A stretch of DNA of 53,543 nt, the filler included, from Sluysia triapertura (taxonomy: Eukaryota), in assembly GCA_046118255.1 (NCBI GenBank). It is 4 parts of 4 records of this genome, joined end to end, with 100 filler letters (N's around TTAATTAATTAA, not from the genome) between each part and the next. Parts side by side here need not be neighbours in the genome. Positions count along the whole stretch, not along the records: positions 42,494 to 53,543 come from JBJNIA010189585.1; 3 more parts are not named here. One strand, written 5' to 3'. A model generated the notes under the pieces. It had not been told where the DNA came from, did no database searches, and worked only from the letters and a program-made list of their open reading frames with translations. Made by a program: the position numbers and the translations under genes. Positions 47,624 to 53,543 of the stretch are shown in pieces. Numbering within the stretch: position 1 is the stretch's first letter; each line of letters opens with the position of its first letter.

Positions 47624-49499
47624 GTTAAACCATTTCTATATTCTATTAGCTTTACTTTAAATAAATTTCCACATAAATAATAACAATGTGTTCTGAATTG
47701 AGCCATCGCAACGGCATTTTAAATAACTGTGTAAATTCTAATATAAATTTCAAACATTATTTTAAAAGTTCAATATCTTTTAAAATTAAGATTCTCTTTT
47801 AAAAGAATTCTGCATTTTCTGCTTATGTATGTTGATATTTGTACTTTATATAACACTAGATTTTTTATTAAAATATTAATTATTTTGTTTGTTTTTAGTT
47901 TATTATTTGATTTTGTGGGATAATTTAAGTTAAAAACATGTTATATAAAATTATTTAGGAATGATTTCCTGTAAAACTAATTGATCCTCATAAATTAATT
48001 TACTGACCTCCAGATTAAATATAGTTTATTTAATAAAATCCTATAGAAAAGCCTATGCTCAGTTATAAGACTTTGACTAGAAGCGAACTCATAAAATTTT
48101 AAGTTTAAAAAATATAATAAAAATCAACTCATCAAAAAGAGGTGTTATTTCTTAAAATTAAAATTAAAGCTGAAAATATAATCTTTCTTCTTAATAAATG
48201 CACGATAAAATTAAAGTAGCACTTCTACGTGAAAAAATCTTTATTTAAGATGCCTTAGATCCGTGATCTGGGAACTTTTACCTCCACTAACTCAATATGA
48301 TTTTAGTAATTTTGTCATTGCCTCAAAAAATGTATCCCTCATCCCCGATTACGGTTTTAACGGATTTATACTATACCGACATACAGTATAATCGATTACA
48401 GTGCTACAACTTGAAATCGGAAATAGCTGACTAAAACTAAATCCTAACTACATGCAATAAATATCAGAATATTTGTTACCTTTTTCTAAGATTAAAGAAT
48501 TATTAAAATACAAATTATAAAATATTCTGCAGTTTGTATCTTACATAGTAATGTTCTTTTTTCAAGTTGAATGTTTGTTAATGGTAAATTTGTTTTGAAA
48601 ATTAAAATTATTTAAATATTTGATCATCGTCATTATCCTACTTGAGTTAATTTATCCCTGTAAAATGTAAATTGTTCTAAATCAATATTCATAAGTCAAA
48701 TTAAGTAAATCTAAGTATAATTAAAAATAATCTAAAATTATGAAAAATAAATCTCATTAAAAGAAGTAATTATTTTTCTCGAAATTTGTTTTTATCAAAT
48801 CATGATTTTTCTCTGTGTTTTATCGAAATGAATTGAAAAATATCAAAACCATTGCAGAAAATGTTTTAATTTTCATTGATAATTAATATGTCAGACTTGA
48901 GTTCTTTTATTCTATTTTCTAGCATTAATTAAACATTTTTGTTGCAAAAAAATGTAATTAATTTTTCTCAAATTAATAATTATTTATTAAGTTATATATA
49001 TAAAGAATTTATAATTATATATTTTATATGAAAATTGATGTTAATTTAGTAATATATTTATTATAACGATTTCAGGTCAAATTTAATAATATTCTCTCTA
49101 AATTCGTTAAATTTAGTAAATTGAAATTTTCACAATTGCATTATAAAATAGTATTTTTCATTTTAAAGGTTGTAGCTTTATCTAAACTTTAATTGAAAAT
49201 TTACTTTATTATATGGGTCTGGCTTATAACACAGAATGAAAGCATTTGTATTAGGAGAATGTTGAAATATTTAATATTAAACGAAGCGTTAATTATGTTT
49301 AGAGTATCAATTTCAAGAACAATATTTATATTTTGAAGTTAAAATGTTTCGTAGGTAGTTAAATATGCTTATTACTTTACTATTATTATTAACAAATTTA
49401 TACGATTCTAAAACACAAAAATCTCTTTTTGATTTGACTTAGTGATAACTGTTGGAAAAACTTGTAATATTTGTCTGTCAGTAGAAGTATAGTGTAAGT

Positions 49500-49560
49500 C
49501 AGGGGTCGGCAACATTTTGGCTGAGTGGCCGAATTGCGTTTTTTGAGACTGTCGGGCTGG
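49500..49560. mobile_element. hAT (Charlie-like) terminus remnant
   Basis: CAGGGGTCGGCAAC start typical of hAT/Charlie TIRs; partner end not identified. Confidence 0.55.
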
Positions 49561-49740
49561 AAGGGTTCTAAAAGATATTACAAGAAAGCTTATAAAAAGT
49601 ATTTTTTCATATTGCTTAATATCAATAAAATAATGAAGATTCTTAAAAATATTGTCAATAATATGTACTTTTTTTGTACTTATAAATTATATTTATATGT
49701 ATTTATTGTTATTGATTATTGATTTTGTTAGATTTCATAA

Positions 49741-49780
49741 AATCGAACCCGGGACTTCTCGCTCTACACAGTGAACCCCG
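49741..49780 (-). mobile_element. tRNA-derived (SINE-like) B-box fragment
   Basis: Minus strand GTCCCGGGTTCGATT, a tRNA T-arm/B-box sequence. Confidence 0.45.
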
Positions 49781-50639
49781 TAAATTATTATTATTAATAA
49801 AATAATGATTTGTAAACTTAATTTCGATAAAAAATAAAATAATAAAGTATTTATAAATCTAATTTTGATAAAACTAAATAAAAAATATAATTTTTTTGTT
49901 TAAATTAAGAATAAAATTATTTGTTTAATTAAATTAATGTCAAAACAAATCTTACTATAAAAGCTAGTACATAATAAAGTTTAAAACACAATTTTGTAGA
50001 CGATAGTTGATACAATGTTTGATTATTAACAAATTTTTTCAAAGAGACATACATAATTTTGGAAAAATATTTGTGAAAGAAAACTTTAATTTAAAAATTT
50101 TTTTAGTTTTATTTGATAAGTTTTATAGCAATAGTTTAATAATATTTTTCAATAACTACCAAAAATATTCTTTATTTCGTCTATAGAATTAAAGCAGAAT
50201 TTGTCGTCAAATAAGTGAATCAAGCAGTACTCTTATCTTTGGATTAAAAAGAACAAACACTGAAAAAAGTTGTTTGCGATATCTAATTTCATTCATCCCT
50301 TTGTTTAAATAGCTTGATGAAATATTTAATTAATCACAAATGTAACTAGATACGATTTTTTCATTCTCATAAAATATTTGTCAATTGTTCTTATTGAAAT
50401 ATTAATTTTACTTTCTTGATACTTTTCTACTCAATTTTATGTTGTCCATAAGAATTTCATGGTTTGGCATTTTTTAAAAGAGTGACACTTCCGCATTCGT
50501 TATGAGCAATAAGTGAAAATTGATTATCTGATTGATTAAAACAAATTACTTTTTTTCTTTATATTTATTTAAGGTTTAAATTTAAATTAAATATTTAATA
50601 TTGTTTAATAATGATATTTAATAATATTTAGTAATAGTT

Positions 50640-50658
50640 ATAATAATAATACTAATAC

Positions 50659-50699
<41 letters not shown>

Positions 50700-50712
50700 T
50701 TACTATTATTAT
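50640..50712. repeat. (AAT)n microsatellite
   Basis: Long aat run with a few act variants. Confidence 0.9.
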
Positions 50713-53258
50713 TAAATAAAAATTTAATACATATATTTTACATTTTATAGTTGAATTCCGTTAATAGTTGATTGATAAAATTTCATTTCCAAAACTTTTT
50801 CGACAGACAAAACTTATACTTTTTATAAAAGTTTATGTTTCCTTGGCGATAGACAACTATTATTTAAATATTAAATTTAAATAAAAAGGTTTTCTATTAA
50901 TATTTTAGTATTGTAAATTAGTAAAATTACACAGTATTATATATTTTACAATAATAATTATTATTATTATTACTACTTTATTATTATTACTATTATTATT
51001 ATTATTACTATTATTTTTATTATTATTATTAAACATTCATCCCAACTCTAAACTGAAAGTGAAATCATTTATCATTACAAAACATCACATGAAATATTAA
51101 GAAAATTAAAGAAATAATTGAAAATATAAAAATATTTGGAAATTTTAAGTTTAATAACCACATGAAAAGTAATACGTGACACGTGTGTCCCCTACGATCC
51201 TATAATTATTCATTTTGGGGCTAGTCCTTAGGTATCAGCTAAAACAATAGTGGAGGTTTATTTTTGAATTCAACTATTGTAGTAAATCCTTAAGTTAGTC
51301 CTTTAGCTTGTTAATGCTAATACAATTAATTCTTTAATTATAAAATCAGTGATAATTAACAATTTAAGTAGGATTTGCTACCTTGTAATTAAAAACGCTA
51401 TTCCTTACTAAATCAAATCCCTTTACAAATAGATTGAGTGTACTTTTACGACTGTGTAATTATAAACGGCGTTTATTATTACAATTCGTGAATACTCAAA
51501 TTACAAACTAAAGTATATTAATGACAAAGATAATTTTTAAAATACAAGAATATAAAAGTTACAAATGAACGAATAGAATATAAATAATATTCATTAGATT
51601 AATATATAATCAGTAATTGATTTTAATGAGGATTTTAATTTGCAAGACCGATTTAAAAGGTCTATTAAAAATTTATAAAAAGATTATAAATTATAATATT
51701 TGTGTATTAATGTTATCTATTTTAAATTACCAAATTATATTATTTATGTATTAACAATAGATATATCGATTATATATTGCAAATTCTATTAATATTTTGT
51801 CCTATATAGTTTAGACGCTATATATTTATTAGATTTATTTAATTAATATTTAATACATTTAACATATGTGATTATTGACATAATTGACAAAAATGTCAGA
51901 AAAACACAACAAAACAATCGGTGATTTTAAACATCTTATCACTGGAAAATCGAAAAAATAGTGGCACATTCTTCTGATAAGTCTTTCTGTTGCCAATGCA
52001 AATATTTAATCTGTGCTCACATTAAGGTGTCATACAAACTCTAACAAATAAATAAACAAACTGTCAGCTTCAACTTATTCAAATCAATAACAAATTAAAA
52101 AAATTTTAATAGCACATTAATGGAAACATTAATCAATGTAAATATTAATGTAATAAAATAAAAAATTGTTGATGTTTTTACAACTTACTAGTTCTTCTGT
52201 AGTAAGAATTTTACAAGCAGGAAATTAAATATCAAGTGAATTAAGAAATTCACTTCGTGTTTAGGATAGTTTTAGCGGTTAAAATTTAGTCTTTACTTCG
52301 CACGCACTCTTTCGTAAACTTAATATTTCGCCAAAAACGGATCCTTACTTCAACCAAGTTGAAATATGGGAGGTTAAATAAATGAAAATGTACTTAGTTA
52401 TATTTTTCACTAATATGTTAGCTCTTTTCTGTAGTGGTACTTATACAGAAGTAAAGCTTAATAGGTTTTATGATTTTTAAGTTATATACTCTAAGTAATT
52501 TAGGTGCTGAAACTTGAATTCTTTTGAATTACATTTTGAACTTTAATCTTATTAATTAACCCTGTATGTAATTAATTGTTACTTCATTGGTTGGTACAAA
52601 CAGCCTGTTCATTGTATTAATTTTGTTAAAAGTTCCTGAAGCAGTAAAAATTTTTCCAATGTAAATATATTTGTTATTTCAGTTTCAACGACTACAACAA
52701 ATGCACATCATGTAGTTTTTTGTGATGCAGATGAATCTGACTATCGTACTATCATGTCATTAAATTTTAGATTTCAAATGACTGAAAACTTTCACATTAC
52801 TCTTATGTTGGTATTCTAGATAATAATAAACATATTTGGTTAAAGTTTCTCCAAATACGAACATTCATCTAAAACATCACCTTCATAAACTTAAATTTTA
52901 GCTAATTTTAAATATATAAATATGTTCATATTTTCTAATTGTATATTTTGTACATTATATGTTCTGTGATATAATAATAATAATTATTATTATTATTACT
53001 ATTGCCTTGTCTCCTCGCAATTAACAAATCTAAACTATGGTGACCAGGAATTATAAATAATGATACAAATAAAATCGATTAAGAAATGAAGTTTGTTCAC
53101 AATCAATTCAGTTATGAAATACCCGGTATTTAAATTGAAATAGATGTGAGCCAGAAGTCAACGCCTAATTTTCAGCTAAATAAAATTATGATCAAATAAA
53201 TTAAATATAAAAGCGAATCTGCTATTACTGGAACAAAGATTAAATAAGATAATAGTCA

Positions 53259-53350
53259 TGTAGGGAACTCGTCATACGGTATTCACCATAATTCATCACA
53301 TAATATTCACCATAACTCATCTCATATAGTTCATCACAACTCATCACTTA
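53259..53350 (+). repeat. Repeat R4 (LTR-like 5' end TGTAGGG)
   Basis: Matches the reverse complement of 29313-29384. Confidence 0.8.
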
Positions 53351-53543
53351 AAAACGATACACACATACACAAACTATTAAACGAACTACTAAACTCATTC
53401 AAAAGCAAACACGACCACCTCATCTAACTATCATGAACTGTCATTATTATTATTACGATTTATATTTTATCAAAACTTGAGTTTAAAATTATAATCTGTA
53501 TTGTTGTATAATATATTCATCAAATAATAACTTCTATAATAAC

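Noticed and set aside
51180-51240. LTR end plus tRNA-Pro-like PBS (TGGGGCTAGTCC)
   Set aside because: Plausible but mismatched, with no LTR boundary or downstream gag recognisable.

Overview
Very AT-rich eukaryotic scaffold, probably an insect (inferred from short GT-AG introns and piggyBac, gypsy and Tc1 relics). It has five assembly gaps, three of them artificial 100-nt N44-TTAATTAATTAA-N44 linkers. Only one ordinary spliced host gene is well supported (27714-28355, 172 aa, weakly DUF1279/FAM210-like). Much of the rest is decayed TEs: Tc1, piggyBac, gypsy LTR/PBS/gag, an L2/CR1-type LINE 3' end interrupted by a pogo-like MITE, and hAT ends. The most striking structure is a repeated head-to-head unit. 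A ~420-460 bp conserved non-coding module carries two or three stem-loops (A, B, C) whose stems show compensatory base changes between copies. On one side lies an intronless, frameshifted ~1.1-1.5 kb orphan ORF starting 150-220 bp from hairpin B. On the other side lies a G/T-skewed, more decayed ORF of a recognisable paralog family (motifs RRC.VG.F, LM.W, VV.C.C). Three complete units occur (6.4-9.0, 11.5-14.1 and 17.1-19.6 kb, the last inverted), plus a gap-interrupted fourth (41-43 kb) and a solitary arm (4-5 kb). One arm encodes a CCCH-zinc-finger-like motif, one has an F-box-like N-terminus, and one has a 17-aa repeat. All alignments were done by eye; no database search was run.
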